Below are positions 1 to 12,027 of a DNA stretch of 64,000 nucleotides, in pieces. Under the pieces are notes generated by a model that searched no databases, was not told where the DNA came from, and saw only the letters and a program-made list of their open reading frames with translations. How positions within the stretch are numbered: the stretch's first letter is position 1; each line of letters starts with the position of its first letter. Source of the stretch: Strigamia acuminata (taxonomy: Eukaryota); NCBI GenBank assembly GCA_949358305.1, contig OX442314.1, forward strand, positions 31,992,001 to 32,056,000. Direction: 5' to 3'. A program made the translations under genes and the position numbers.

Positions 1-104
1 TAACTTTTTGATCGGAATTATGGTTGGCATTTAATTTGAAAAAAACGACCTTTTTTGGTTAATTTTATCCAAAAAATTTGATAAAATGGTTGGATAATAA
101 ACCA

Positions 105-395
105 GGAACAAACAGCGGGTAAATAGGAGAAAATAGCTGGTAAATAGGAGGAAACAGCGGGTAAATAGGAGAAAATAGCGGGTAAATAGGAGGAAACAGC
201 GGGTAAATAGGAGGAAATAGCGGGTAAATAGGAGAAAATAGCGGGTAAATAGGAGAAAATAGCGGGTAAATAGGAAAAAACAGCGGGTAAATAGGAAAAA
301 ACAGCGGGTACATAGGAGAAAATAGCGGGTAAAAACATAAAAAAGCGGGTAAAAACATAAAATAGCGGGTAAAAACATAAAATAGCAGGTAAAAA
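105..395. repeat. Minisatellite, about 21-bp unit (AAATAGCGGGTAAATAGGAGA and variants)
   Basis: Directly visible tandem unit; explains the repetitive ORFs at 18-577. Confidence 0.9.
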
Positions 396-1134
396 TTAAA
401 AACATTTGTCAACAAAAGCTGCCTACAGATGGCGCTTTTTCCAAAATGCTGTGTGGGTGTTTTATGTATTTTATGGTTCTTGCGGGGGTTCTTGAGGGGG
501 TTCTTGCGGGGGTTCTTGCGGGTTCTGTTGGCTATTGATTGGTGGCTGCAGTGGCGTTTGGGTTTGTTTTGGGCCAAAATTTTATTGGCCGAATTGGCGT
601 TGGGTTTGGGTTAGATCTGCAAAATGGTTTAGGTGGGTTGCATTATTGTGTTTTATTGGTTTATTTTTGCAAAAATGTATTTTATGATTTGGCTGTACAC
701 ATTTGTCTGATCTATGGTTTTGAGTGATTTATGGCTCTGCGGGTGAACAGCTAGTCATGTTTACTAATTGTAAAGCAACTTTACAACTATTGATAAACAT
801 GCTGTTTACCAACAAGTTTAACGGTTATAAAAGGACTACTTTCCAATTTGATAAATGTGATATTTACTTCATTTTTATTTTTGTTAATTAATTAAATTAA
901 TTTAAATAAATTTAAATTTACAGATAATAAAATGCAAAATTTATAATCAGTTTATTTCTTTTATATTTCATTTTTCAAATAAATTTAATAAATGTAAATT
1001 TGTATTTACACAAAATAAAATGTAAAATTTATAACCAGTTTATTTCTTTTTTATTTCATTTCTCAAGTAGATTTAATGAATAGATATTTAAATTTACAGA
1101 TAATAAAATAAAACATTTATATCCAATTTATCAA

Positions 1135-1500
1135 ATAAAATAAAATCAAGTAAAATCATCTTAAATCAAGTAAAAATTACATAAAATAAAGTAAAATCAT
1201 CTAAAATCAAGTAAAAATTACATGAAATAAAGTAAAATCTTCTAAAATAAAGTAAAATTATATAAAATAAAGTAAAATTGTTAAAAATTCTTATAAAATC
1301 ATCCTAAATTAAACAAAATTGTCTAAAACCATTTAAAATCGTAAAAAATCACGTAAAATCAAGTAAAAATTGCATAAAATTAAGTACAAATTGCATAAAA
1401 TCTAGTAAAAATTGTATAAAATAAAATAAAAATTATATAAAATCTAGTTAAAATCGTACAAAATCAAGCAAAATCGTATAAAATCAATGAAAATTATAGT
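1135..1500. repeat. Degenerate A-rich tandem repeat (TAAAATCAAG/TAAAAT-like units)
   Basis: Repeated AAAATCAAGTAAAA-like units. Confidence 0.7.
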
Positions 1501-1529
1501 AACAATAAACAAACGAAAAAATTAATTAA

Positions 1530-2692
1530 AGGTCAAGTGCACTCGCGTGGGATTTTTACATTTTCTGAAAGCCCATATTAAAAAAACCAATAATCATCGA
1601 GAAAAAAATTAAATTGCTTCAGTAATTATTTCATAATAACAATCTAAACAAGTAAACATTTGTAATGCAGGGAAGCATTACACATGAGACTTCTAAACCC
1701 TGCCCCTAATTAAAAAAAAAATAATAATAAATTAATGACACAAAACAACCAATTTCGCAATTAAATCATTCAAAAGCTTCTTCGCCCAGAACGCCGCCAA
1801 ATGCGCGTAATACGCCGGCGCCGGGATGTAAACCAATCGCGTACAACGAACGTTTCACTAGCTTCGCATTTCCGTCGTTATAATTTCCCGTTTCTCGTTT
1901 TCCGTTTGTCCCAAGTCTATTCCATGAAAATTACGGAAATGACGTCGTCATGATGACGTCATTTACGTAATTTTCATGGAATACACGGCTAAAAATGCAC
2001 TAAAACCGGTTTATTAATTCAACCGGAGGTCGAAGAAATCTGAAAATACCTTAGGATACTAATACAGGTATGCTCGATTTAATGCCGTTGTCCGTTTCGC
2101 TCTAGCTGCGGTAGTTTTTACGGAATCGTTGACGCCAGACAGACAGAACCGTTTCATTAGACTTTCTAAACAAAAGAGTTTAGAAGTCTAAAACCAAGGA
2201 CGACTACTGGAGTAGTCGTCCTTGCTAAAACGTAGTTAACAAAAAGCAATGCATGATGGTCGCAGACGTCTTGCCCTGCGTCATCAGTTCGAATCAGACA
2301 GTCATGCACACGCGCAGACTGACTGTCGATTCAAAATTCGATTCGTTTTTTTTTCAAGATTGTTCATAAATGTTTTTTTTATGTAGCATTGATAGCAACT
2401 AGGATAAAATCATATTTTTTAGAATTTAAAATCAATCCTGTCATTGGAAAACAATGGATTGATTGAGGTCAGACATCTTGGATCTACCCAGATCCAAGAA
2501 CTGGATTCAGGTCAAATGAACTTTAGAACTGACTACGTCATATTCCCATCACGCATTGCTTTTTGTTTGCTATGTTTTTGGATTATTATTATAAAATATT
2601 TACCGCAACAATTTATTTATTTTTTGATGATTATTAGTTTTTTATTATGGGCTTTCAGAAAATGTAAAAATCCCACTCAGTGCACTTGACCT
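1530..2692. mobile_element. Non-autonomous TIR element with TTAA target duplication and AGG...CCT ends (Kolobok/T2-MITE-like)
   Basis: TTAA|AGGTCAAGTGCACT at 1526-1543 and AGTGCACTTGACCT|TTAA at 2679-2696; imperfect TIRs of roughly 100 bp. Confidence 0.8.
1647..2192 (-). mobile_element. HINE/DINE-1-like non-autonomous Helentron nested in the TTAA element
   Basis: Sub-terminal inverted repeats AGACTTCTAAAC (1687-1698) and GTTTAGAAGTCT (2178-2189). Stem-loop TGTAATGC-N6-GCATTACA (1661-1682), short CAGA microsatellite near 2137-2147, and a CTTGTT end on the minus strand. This matches DINE-1 architecture. Confidence 0.7.
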
Positions 2693-3411
2693 TTAAATAT
2701 GACTAGATAATTTCCGTGTATTAAGTGTCAAGCTAAATGAATTTTGTGGAATGGTAAGCTCCTGAAATTAAATCTGAAGCTATAGCCAAACCCAATATCC
2801 ATTGTGATAGTAAAGTCAACTCTTGGTAGTCTCCTGATTTTCATCTGAAGTCCAGCCAAACATAATATTACTAAACACTTTTAATCAGATAAGTTGATAT
2901 CAAAATATTATTGATCAAGTAAAAATATTAAAAACCGGAACTTTACATTTTCAGAAAAATGCAACAACTAAAGACCAACCAAAAACTCAGAATAATTATT
3001 TTATCTGAGTAACAGACTCGATGAACCATTCTATTAACACCCGTCCTTTAATTAACTCCACTGTTGACGGCAATAAATGTTGATCATTTACATATATAAT
3101 TCTATATTTTTTATATATTCTAAAAAAAATCTTACCCTGATTTCATTTGTAATATCCTTGTCAGAATCATTCAAATCCCTAGTAGAACTTTTCGGTTCTT
3201 CAAGGGTTTTCATTCTTTTTTTTAATTCTCTGAATAGCATTTGAATACTTTTAATAATTAATTTTAAAAATATAATATTCAAAACTGACCCATCACTTGG
3301 AATCGCATTTTCCATTTTTCCGATTTATATCTGGTTTTTCATTTATCCGATTTATATCTGGTTTTCCATTTATCCGATTTTGCTCGGGATGTTCAGGAGC
3401 AAAGTTACGTT

Positions 3412-3732
3412 ATGGCGAGAATAGTCTTTAGAAAACAGAAGGAACTTAAAAAGAGTTTAGACAGAGAGAAACGACTCGTCGCCGACATAGAATACGTGGA
3501 AGGTTTAATAGAATGCGACGAAGAGAATTCAGCACTGCACAGACACATGTTGACGGTAGATGGAATAGAGTTTGTGTCATCACTGTCCCTGATTCTGATT
3601 ACGACTTACCGAGACGAGGAAGAAGAGGAAGAAGAAGAAGAAAGCAGCAGAGGATTGAAAAGAGCAAATTCAGATGACATTGTGAATCCACGGAAAAAAC
3701 GCCGTGCAGATCCCGAAATAATCTGGAGTTGA
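3412..3732 (+). CDS. Hypothetical 106-aa protein with acidic tract and C-terminal NLS-like motif (PRKKRR)
   Basis: ATG-initiated ORF with coding-like composition in an AT-rich background; no family recognised. Confidence 0.35.
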   Translation: MARIVFRKQKELKKSLDREKRLVADIEYVEGLIECDEENSALHRHMLTVDGIEFVSSLSLILITTYRDEEEEEEEEESSRGLKRANSDDIVNPRKKRRADPEIIWS

Positions 3733-5105
3733 TGTTTAATAAGATGTACTTACTCGTGACAAATTTGGAAATTGCTGAATGGCTTTGTAATATTTTATAT
3801 TTTATTTTTGTAAATTTATTTGGAGATGGTGTTTCGTAGATCTGAAAAAGGGGAAATAGAAATAAAAGATGTTTGTATTCCTTCTCTTGTGGATTCCAAA
3901 TCCACGACAGAAGAAACGTAACCAATTCGTCTGATCAACCCGAGTAACATCTCTTCTCATCTTTTCTTCCATTCCTATCACAACCCTAAAAATTTTAAAT
4001 ATTTTAATTTATTACTACATTTTTATTGATTTTTTTGTGACAGCAGAAATAAAAATGATTCATTTCATTTCATGTATTTTATTTTTATTTGGGTATTATT
4101 TTATTTATTGTATTTTGAGTAAGAGAAAGTTTATTATTTTTCTAAGTCCATCAATTAGCGCCATCTAGGGATAATAATTGTATCTACTGGTAATTCAGAT
4201 AAACCATGAATGATTGATGATTCCCCTTTCGTACTTCGACATCGGATTAGTTTTTATCAGATACGTTATCTAAAATCCTACAACATTATTCCTTAGATAT
4301 TTATTAAAAACTCAAAATTCTATTTTACAGATAAACGAACGAAACTTATGAAATTCTCCGCTTCGGAACTTCGAATACGAGCGAAACTACCTCTCCATAT
4401 GTTGATTTGCAACAACATTCCACCATGTTACGGATGGAAAAAGATACAGGAGCCGCTGCAACAATAATCAATTTCCATAACCAAACTATTCGCTTTATTT
4501 TTGCATTTTATTGTTGTAAATTGAAGGAGGAGAGGCGCATCGATTGATGTGGATACAAATCGCTTTATTCTCGTATCGCGCGACCTCCGCGCGTTACTGG
4601 TCGAACTGGAAGTCCCCAAGTCACGTTTTGGGTTACGAGATTACAGAACAACTCCCTCTGGCCGGAGAGACCCTCACACCGGATTTTCACATTGGATCAA
4701 GGTGACCAGAAACAAAACGACATTTATTACTTTGTTTAAACGTTTATTATTAATTATTACATTCAATAATGCGAAATAATGCTACAAGTATGTTCTTTGG
4801 TTGAATTACAAATCAATCTATGGCTACACTGAAACCTGCTTCTTTCACTAAAGCAAGCGCTGCAAGTTGTGTGAAAGTAATAAATAAATTTGGATTGATT
4901 CCCGAACGGGCGTATTGTGATTGCGCAGCATTAAGAGTGATGGTGGCGGGCAGTGACTGTTTGAACTTTGAATTTAGCATCAAATTATAGCCTGTCATCT
5001 TATGTGGTTGTTAATAATTAGAATAATAATAATTAATGAGAAATACATCCGAAAAACTAATAAGGATACGGGGTTATAAGCAATAATAGAGTGAGATAAG
5101 ATCGG

Positions 5106-6604
5106 TTATTTTTTCCCTGGGAGAACTTGGGGCAAATAATTCAAGCAGGAAAGGAGGGAAAATCCGAGTAAAAGTCCTACGGTGCCACCCACTTCAGACA
5201 CCAAGCTGGACAGGGGATAAGCGAAATATTCGCTAACGATTTGTTTCGTATTCGTTTTGTGAATGATTGTGACTGTGGAGGCAGAGCCGTTTTGTGGATT
5301 TGAGCCATATTCTGTCATTATGGGGAATCTGGTGACGGAACATGGGCGTCTGCAATTGCTGTTATGTTGTGAATACAAAAGGGAAAGAATTTTCTTTTTC
5401 AGTTTATTCACTTGGACAATTGTGTTGCAAAGCGGTTTTGTCGAGTTCACAAAAGGCCATCTAAGGTGGATATGGAATTATTATCGAATATCTATTGATT
5501 AAGCATAAGTATTAATCTGACCTGCATTTGATGTCAGAAGTGTCTAATTGGTCATTAATCCATCGATTAACGCACTCGATCTCTTCATCCTCAGTGACGC
5601 AGGGGTTTCGACTCGTGTTTAAATATTCAAACTACAACAGTTGTCAATATTTAAATACGGAAATCAATGCGATCATTGTCTGTGTTTGATTGTTTACTTT
5701 TGTTTCTGACAGTTCCATAGCACTGTATTTCCATGGACGAATGACTGATCTGCCAATAAACATGAGTTTGGTTGAAGTTGCTTCGTAAACATCAGCCTGT
5801 AATAGACGAATTGTAATATTATTATATTGTAATATTGGATTCATCTTACATGGAATCCTTTAGAATCTGAAGTTAACGGTAAATCCAACCAAAACAGCCA
5901 GGTTTTTCCAATAAAATACCATTCCAGATCTAAAAGAATCAAATATTGTTTCAGGATTTTTGTGTGAATTAAACGGAATAGTTAGTAATGACCAAATTGT
6001 AGAAGTCTGCATGGACCCGCGATCGTGTTGGCTTCCCTCTCTTGTAGCCAGTCTTCGGTTTTACATTTGCTGGAATTGACTGCATGATGACACTGGAATA
6101 CCCGTTTGGCTTTATACGGTCAAATTGTTACTTGATGTTTGAACTTACGTTGTCTGATTTGACGATCATGACTTTTGTTGAGTTTTCCCATAGATCCAAT
6201 AGTGTGACCTTGATCTTGTCGAAAGGAAAATGTTCCTGGTCGGCCCGACTCAGTGCGCTGCAAGCTGCGTCTCTTGCACAGAGTGGATCGAATCTTTTGG
6301 AAAAGTCGTACGTCAAATCGGGAGTGAATGGGCAAATTACGAGGCTAGGTGTTTTGTACTGGTTGAAGCTTTCAATTTTTACATAGTTGCCTATTGGCTG
6401 TGCAAAGTACTTGTCGATGCAAATTGACAACTGCCAAGTGCACAGTGCAGTGCTCAGAAGCAGCGAAGCAATTCCCAATGCTTTGGCCGTCTTATTTGCG
6501 TGCGGTTGTCGTTGTCGTTTTGGTGTTCGTGTAATGCGAATATGGTGTACGCGAGTATCCGGAGAAACAATTCTACGTCCCATTCTTCTACTATGGATTT
6601 TCAT
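5106..6604 (-). CDS. DEG/ENaC (pickpocket-like) channel, copy 1, 6 coding exons
   Basis: TM1 (LGIASLLLSTALCTWQLSICIDKYF), post-TM1 PSLVICP motif, Cys-rich thumb region, TM2 LVSEVGGTVGLLLGFS with GxS filter. GT-AG introns are collinear with copy 4 and the frame is intact. Confidence 0.88.
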
Positions 6605-7344
6605 TGCGCCTGAAAATGACTCCCACAACAGCAGGAAAACAATATTTAAGGTGTATTAACGAGTATTAACGTTAACGCTCGCCGACCTAAACCTGTGTGT
6701 TGTTTGTTACTGCTCGTTTGCATGTGATTGAATTCAAACGCTGCAGTTTTATTGTGTGTGTGTGTGTTTGCATTTTAATGGGTATTGATTAATGATTTAA
6801 TATTAATTCTGTATCTAGGAGATGCCATTCGAAAGGCTGTTTTGTTTATGGTAGCGTCTAGCACAAGTTACCTAGGAGATAATGATGATTGAGTTACACG
6901 TGTATGACCTGAATACAAGAGCGATATGGTCATTATCCAACGTTGCCACCACCTACACAAGAAAATCACTAACTTGTTAAAGTTTTAAAACTTACTTACA
7001 ATAAAGAGAATTAAATGACAATTCTTTGTTTTAAAAACACCAAAGTGATACATCCAAGAAATAGAAGTTTAATAAAAACATACATTTGTTTTCAAATAAA
7101 CCATGCCAAGTAAGGTGCTCACAAAAATATTATCACAGTGTTAAAATTTACCCAATTGTTGTGTTGGCAATGATAATAACGAGGAATTACAATGAAATCA
7201 TGTTTATTATTAAATAATATTTCTATTTACACTGCTACGCAGTAATATTTTACTGAAATATTGAAATTTCTGGCATTTGTAGATTTTTATTTGCACAAAA
7301 TTATTATCACGCATTGTAAAAATTGCAGATTTATACATTTTCAA

Positions 7345-7840
7345 CACCCTGTGATACCTCCCTTATGTTCAATTAGTCTATAAATTCAATCTTTTATCCC
7401 ATCAATTAGTTTTGAAAGAACCATTTGATTAATTTCTTCCCACCAATGTTGCCTTGAATACATGGATGGGAGCATTACCTGTTGAAAGATGGCCTTTTGT
7501 CCAGCAATTCTTATCATCCAGGGCTTTAAATGGGAATTAAACACATCTTAATACGTATCAGAATACATCCTACCAGAAATAAAGGCAAGGGTAATCTTTC
7601 TCTTATACAGCGGAATGCACCCAAAAACTTAACATTTCCACCACCTCCAAAGATCACCAAACATGGGATGCTGAATGGCACCGAATTATATTTTCTGATG
7701 AAAAAAAGTTCAAAATGGACAGATCTGATGGTTGCCAACATTACTGGCACGATTTGGTAAGGAACATGGAAGTGTTTTCAAAACGAGTTGGAGGTGGTGG
7801 AAATGTTAAGTTTTGGAGTGCATTCCGCTGTAAGAGAAAG
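7345..7840. mobile_element. Rearranged Tc3/Tc1-like transposase remnant
   Basis: A + frame near 7670-7830 reads WHRIIFSDEKKFKMDRSDGCQHYWHDL...GGGGNVKFWSAF. The - strand near 7400-7495 has IFQQxNAPIH-like and C-terminal helix remnants. Confidence 0.7.
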
Positions 7841-8101
7841 ACCATATTTGGTTTTCGAATCAATCTTGGTGGCTAACTTGTCCAAACTAGAGCTGCATCA
7901 AATTGGACCAAAAGTTAAACACGTTTGTTACCTGTTGTCATCCCAGAATGCAGTGCGGCTATATATTATGTTGCGCGATTGGTGGCACAACGCTCTGAAC
8001 TTGGATTATTCTTGTGTTGTTGATTTGCTTTAGCAACCGTTGCCCAGTTTACTCGATTAAAAGTTTATGTACATTGCCATCCGGAGTCTACATCCTGCAA
8101 A

Positions 8102-9788
8102 GGGATTTCATACTAAGGTCGAAATAATTAAGGTCGAAATTATTCCTTTCCATAAAATATTTTCTTAGTCGTATGTTACTAAGGGCGAAATGATTAAAGT
8201 CGAAATTACGTATACCGAAATGACTAAGGTCGAAATGAATAAGGTCGAAATTCAGTTTCTACCTTATTCATGAATAAGGTCGAAATGACTAAGGTCGAAA
8301 TCCTGTTTCTACCTTATTCATGAATAAGGTCGAAACACAAAATTTTTATATGAATAAGGTCGAAACACAAAATTTTTATATGAATAAGGTCGAAACACAA
8401 AATTTTTATATGAATAAGGTCGAAACACAAATTCAAAAACACGAGAATTTCTCTAAATAAATGTTTTTTATCACATGTTTTTGTATTTTCAGGAAACCAG
8501 AGCAGCTTCTAGAACTAACCTTTTCTCATTTTTCTCATTTATTATGTACATGAGTAATAAAAAAACTTTATTTTAGCCTAAATAAATTTGTTTTCATTTT
8601 GACTTTGATTAAAACTGAAAACAAGCGTAAAAAATAGTAAGAAACTCTATTAAAACTGGAAAAACACGTAAAAGATGATAAAACACCGGTTAAAACCGAA
8701 AAAAATAATAAAAACCATGAAAAACTGATTAAAACTTAAAAAAAAACTTGAAAAATTATCAAAAAACCGGAAAAAAAATGGGAAAAAAACATTAAAAACC
8801 TAAAAAAACGGTTTAAAAATGAAAAAATCTTAAGAAATCATAAAAAAAATGATAAAAACGAGTTAAAACGAGGTGAAAAACATGAAAAACCGAACAAAAA
8901 ATGGCGTCGATGTGCTGCAGTGAAGCACCGGGTAAATGCGCTAAGCAGCCTGCCGTGCGCATTTTTTAATAGATACAGTGTTTTAGGCGGTGTTTTTTCT
9001 ATTGTTTGATCAGGCCAGTGTGTTACCAGTAGTAACCCACTTTATAGTGCCAATTAACATTCCAATAAAAAAACTGGATCAATATCAAAATAAAAACAAA
9101 TTTATTTATGCAAAAATGAAGTTACTTTATTACATATTTACAAAATAAATGAGAAAAATTAAAAAAGGTTAGTTCTAGAAGCTCTGGTTTCCTGGAAATA
9201 CAAAATCATGTGATTAAAAAACATTTTTTTTTGTTATTAGAGAACGAGAGAGTATATGTAATTTCGACCTTATTCATGATAATTTTCCATGAAAATCTCG
9301 ATTGGAAAATTATCATGAATAAGGTCGAAATTACATATACTGAAATGACTAAGGTCGAAATCCTATTTCGATCTTATTCATGAATAAGGTCGAAATGCTG
9401 TTTCGATCTTATTCATGAATAAGGTCGAAATGCTGTTTCGATCTTATTCATGAATAAGGTCGAAATGACTAAGGTCGAAATGCTGTTTTGATCTTATTCA
9501 TGAATAAGGTCGAAATTACATATACAGAAATGACTAGGGTCGAAATCCTATTTCGATCTTATTCATGAATAAGGTCGAAATGCTGTTTCGATCTTATTCA
9601 TGAATAAGGTCGAAATGCTGTTTCGATCTTATTCATGAATAAGGTCGAAATGACTAAGGTCGAAATGCTGTTTTGATCTTATTCATGAATAAGGTCGAAA
9701 TTACATATACAGAAATGACTAGGGTCGAAATGACTAAGGTCGAAATCTCGTTTCGACCTTATTCATTTCGACCCTAGTATCCCATCCC
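8102..9788. mobile_element. Foldback/MULE-like non-autonomous element with AAGGTCGAAA sub-repeats
   Basis: GGGAT...ATCCC termini; 8-bp TSD CCTGCAAA (8094-8101 and 9789-9796), confirmed by the empty site near 38283-38296; inner inverted repeats at about 8455-8610 and 9075-9230. Confidence 0.85.
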
Positions 9789-9939
9789 CCTGCAAACTTG
9801 CAATTTATGTGTATTGACAGCTATATTTACATCCGACAAACATGTCGTGACTGCCCCAGCAAAACGTGAGGGGGTGGAAATTCTTCAGCTTAAAAGGCCA
9901 CTTATTGTAAGAAAAACCCAGCGCGGGATGCATATATTT

Positions 9940-10199
9940 TTTTCTACAGCGACACTACCGATCATCCGCCCATCACCGCTGCACCAGGCACTGTAAGCGA
10001 TCAACGTCCTTTTCACACTCATTTTTGTGCCGTGCCTTGCGAGTTTGGAGACCTAACCTAACCCAAATTTTAATATTAACACCCTCCCCCAAATAGTGAC
10101 CAAGAAAACGATTACGCGGAAAAGGAAAAGAATCGTTACGCCTGGTGCAGTGGCAGCGATCGGTAATGGGCGGATGATTGGTAGTGTCGCTGTAGAAAA
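9940..10199. mobile_element. MITE with internal (TTAGG)n tract; related copies near 15780-15985 and 38435-38695
   Basis: TIR TTTTCTACAGCGACACTACC...GGTAGTGTCGCTGTAGAAAA; internal CCTAACCTAA repeats. Confidence 0.7.
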
Positions 10200-10227
10200 T
10201 AATACATGCGCGTGGGATAAGCTACTA

Positions 10228-10542
10228 CAGTTTGCGTATGTTGATGCTAACTTCGTACTGCGCATCCTATATTCTGCGCAGACAATTTTCCAATTCCAGT
10301 TGTTATTTAGAAGTAGTTAGCCTAATATTAGGCCTAATAATGCTAAAATAAAGCAAATAAACAACAATAAACTCATCATTAAAAGTTACTTACAAAATAT
10401 ATTTGTTTATTTATCTTAGTTTAGCATTACTAGGCCTAATATTAGTCTTAATACTGCTAAATAACAAATTGAATTGGAAAACCGTCTGCGTAGAATGGGA
10501 TGCGCAGTATGAATTTAGCATCAAGACACTGGGCGCGAATTG
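10228..10542. mobile_element. Palindromic TA-flanked MITE (Tc1/mariner-like); truncated copy near 16013-16272
   Basis: TA|CAGTTTGCG...CGCGAATTG|TA, self-complementary over nearly its whole length. Confidence 0.7.
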
Positions 10543-12027
10543 TAGGTTTGGTCTATGTTTTGTTTTTGCTTGGCATGTTATTTATTTAAACAAAGGTTCA
10601 AATTGTATTATATACATATATTGGCTACAGAAGTATATATTCAAATCTGATTATTGAGATTAATGTTTGAATAAGTTTCTAGAGTAATGTGAGGACAATA
10701 AATTTGTTACTTACCGTGACCGCGCAATCAGCACTCCAAGACCCAATTCCGAACGGCCACGTACGATGACATCGCACTCCAAATGAAAAGGGTGTGCGAA
10801 GTTCCTGACTTGCACCAAGTCCGCAGCTTCTGGCTACTCATGTGCGTCGTTAATCGCAAATTCGATGGAAGCCAACGTACACGTGATGGCTGCTTCGACG
10901 TCGACCGTGACAACTCCGACCACTGCGCACGCGGATCAACTCCGAAAACACGCAGCACCAAGCTCTAGTTCCTCGGAGTGGGCGAAATCGCCCTGATTTT
11001 CCGTTCTCCGCACCTCAGCCAACTGCGCTGACTGCTCCGCTCGTTCCTGCAATCATCCTGCTGCACCTCCGATTGCGCGTGCAACAACACCAGTGGTGCC
11101 CATGGCTCCACCGATCGCTAGTTTAGCACCTTCAATCGCACCGCGCATTCCCGCCATCATTCCCGTGCTTCATCCGCCATATCGTCATCCACAATGCCTT
11201 CGCAAGAAGAAAAAGCAGCTCCTTAGCAAGCACATGTTTAAATTGAACGATGCACTCCAATTTCCATAACCAAATTATTAGCTTTATTTCTGCATTTTAT
11301 TGTTGTAAATTAAAGTGGATACAAACCGCTATATTCTCGCTCGCACTCGTATCACGCGACCTCCGCGCCTTGCTGGTCGAACTAGAAGTCCCCAAGTCAC
11401 GTTTTGGGTCGCGAGATTACAGAACAACTCCCTCTGGCCGGAGAGACCCTCACACTGGAAACAAAACAACATTTATTACATTGTTTAAACGTTTATTATT
11501 AATTGTTACATTCAATAATGCAAAATAATGCTACAAGTATGTTCGCTTCCCTGCATTTCCTATTGCAGTTTTATACCTGTCTTTTTTTTATGACGCTGTT
11601 TCCACAGTGCCGCCTTGCATTTGCACCAATGAATAAATTAGTTGTTGCCTGTACCATATACAAAGAAGTTCGATTTCATTCTCACTCCACAAGATTTATA
11701 CTTTGATTGAAATACAAATCAATTTATGGCTACACCGAAACAATGCTTCTTTCACTAAAGCAAGTGCTGCGAGTTTTCTGAGAATAATAATTAAATTTGG
11801 GTTGATGCTAGTGCGCGTTTGGATGTCCGAACGGGCGTATTGTGATTGCGCAGCATTAAGAATGATAGTGGCGGGCGGTGACTGTTTAAACTTTGAATTT
11901 AGCATCAAGTTATAGTCTGTCTTCTTATGTGGTTGTTAATAATTAGAATAATAATTAATGAGAAATACATCCGAAAAACTAATGAGGATACAGGCTTATA
12001 TGCAATAATGGAGTGAGATAAGATCGG

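Larger units (their letters stand above)
8004..10200 (-). promoter_or_regulatory. Orphan copy of the IR upstream region, split by a transposon
   Basis: 8004-8101 plus 9797-10190 align with 38197-38695, immediately upstream of the IR-A start codon. Confidence 0.75.

Noticed and set aside
18..727. Repetitive ORFs (YLPAIFS..., GFLR...)
   Set aside because: Artefacts of 21-bp and 12-bp tandem repeats.
4549..4998. Repeated ORFs MDTNRFIL... and MLNSKFKQ... near each DEG/ENaC copy
   Set aside because: They recur only because the flank was duplicated; start codons and lengths vary between copies.
8100..9790. CRISPR-like array of AAGGTCGAAA repeats
   Set aside because: No unique constant-length spacers; eukaryotic context; the repeats lie within TIRs flanked by a TSD.
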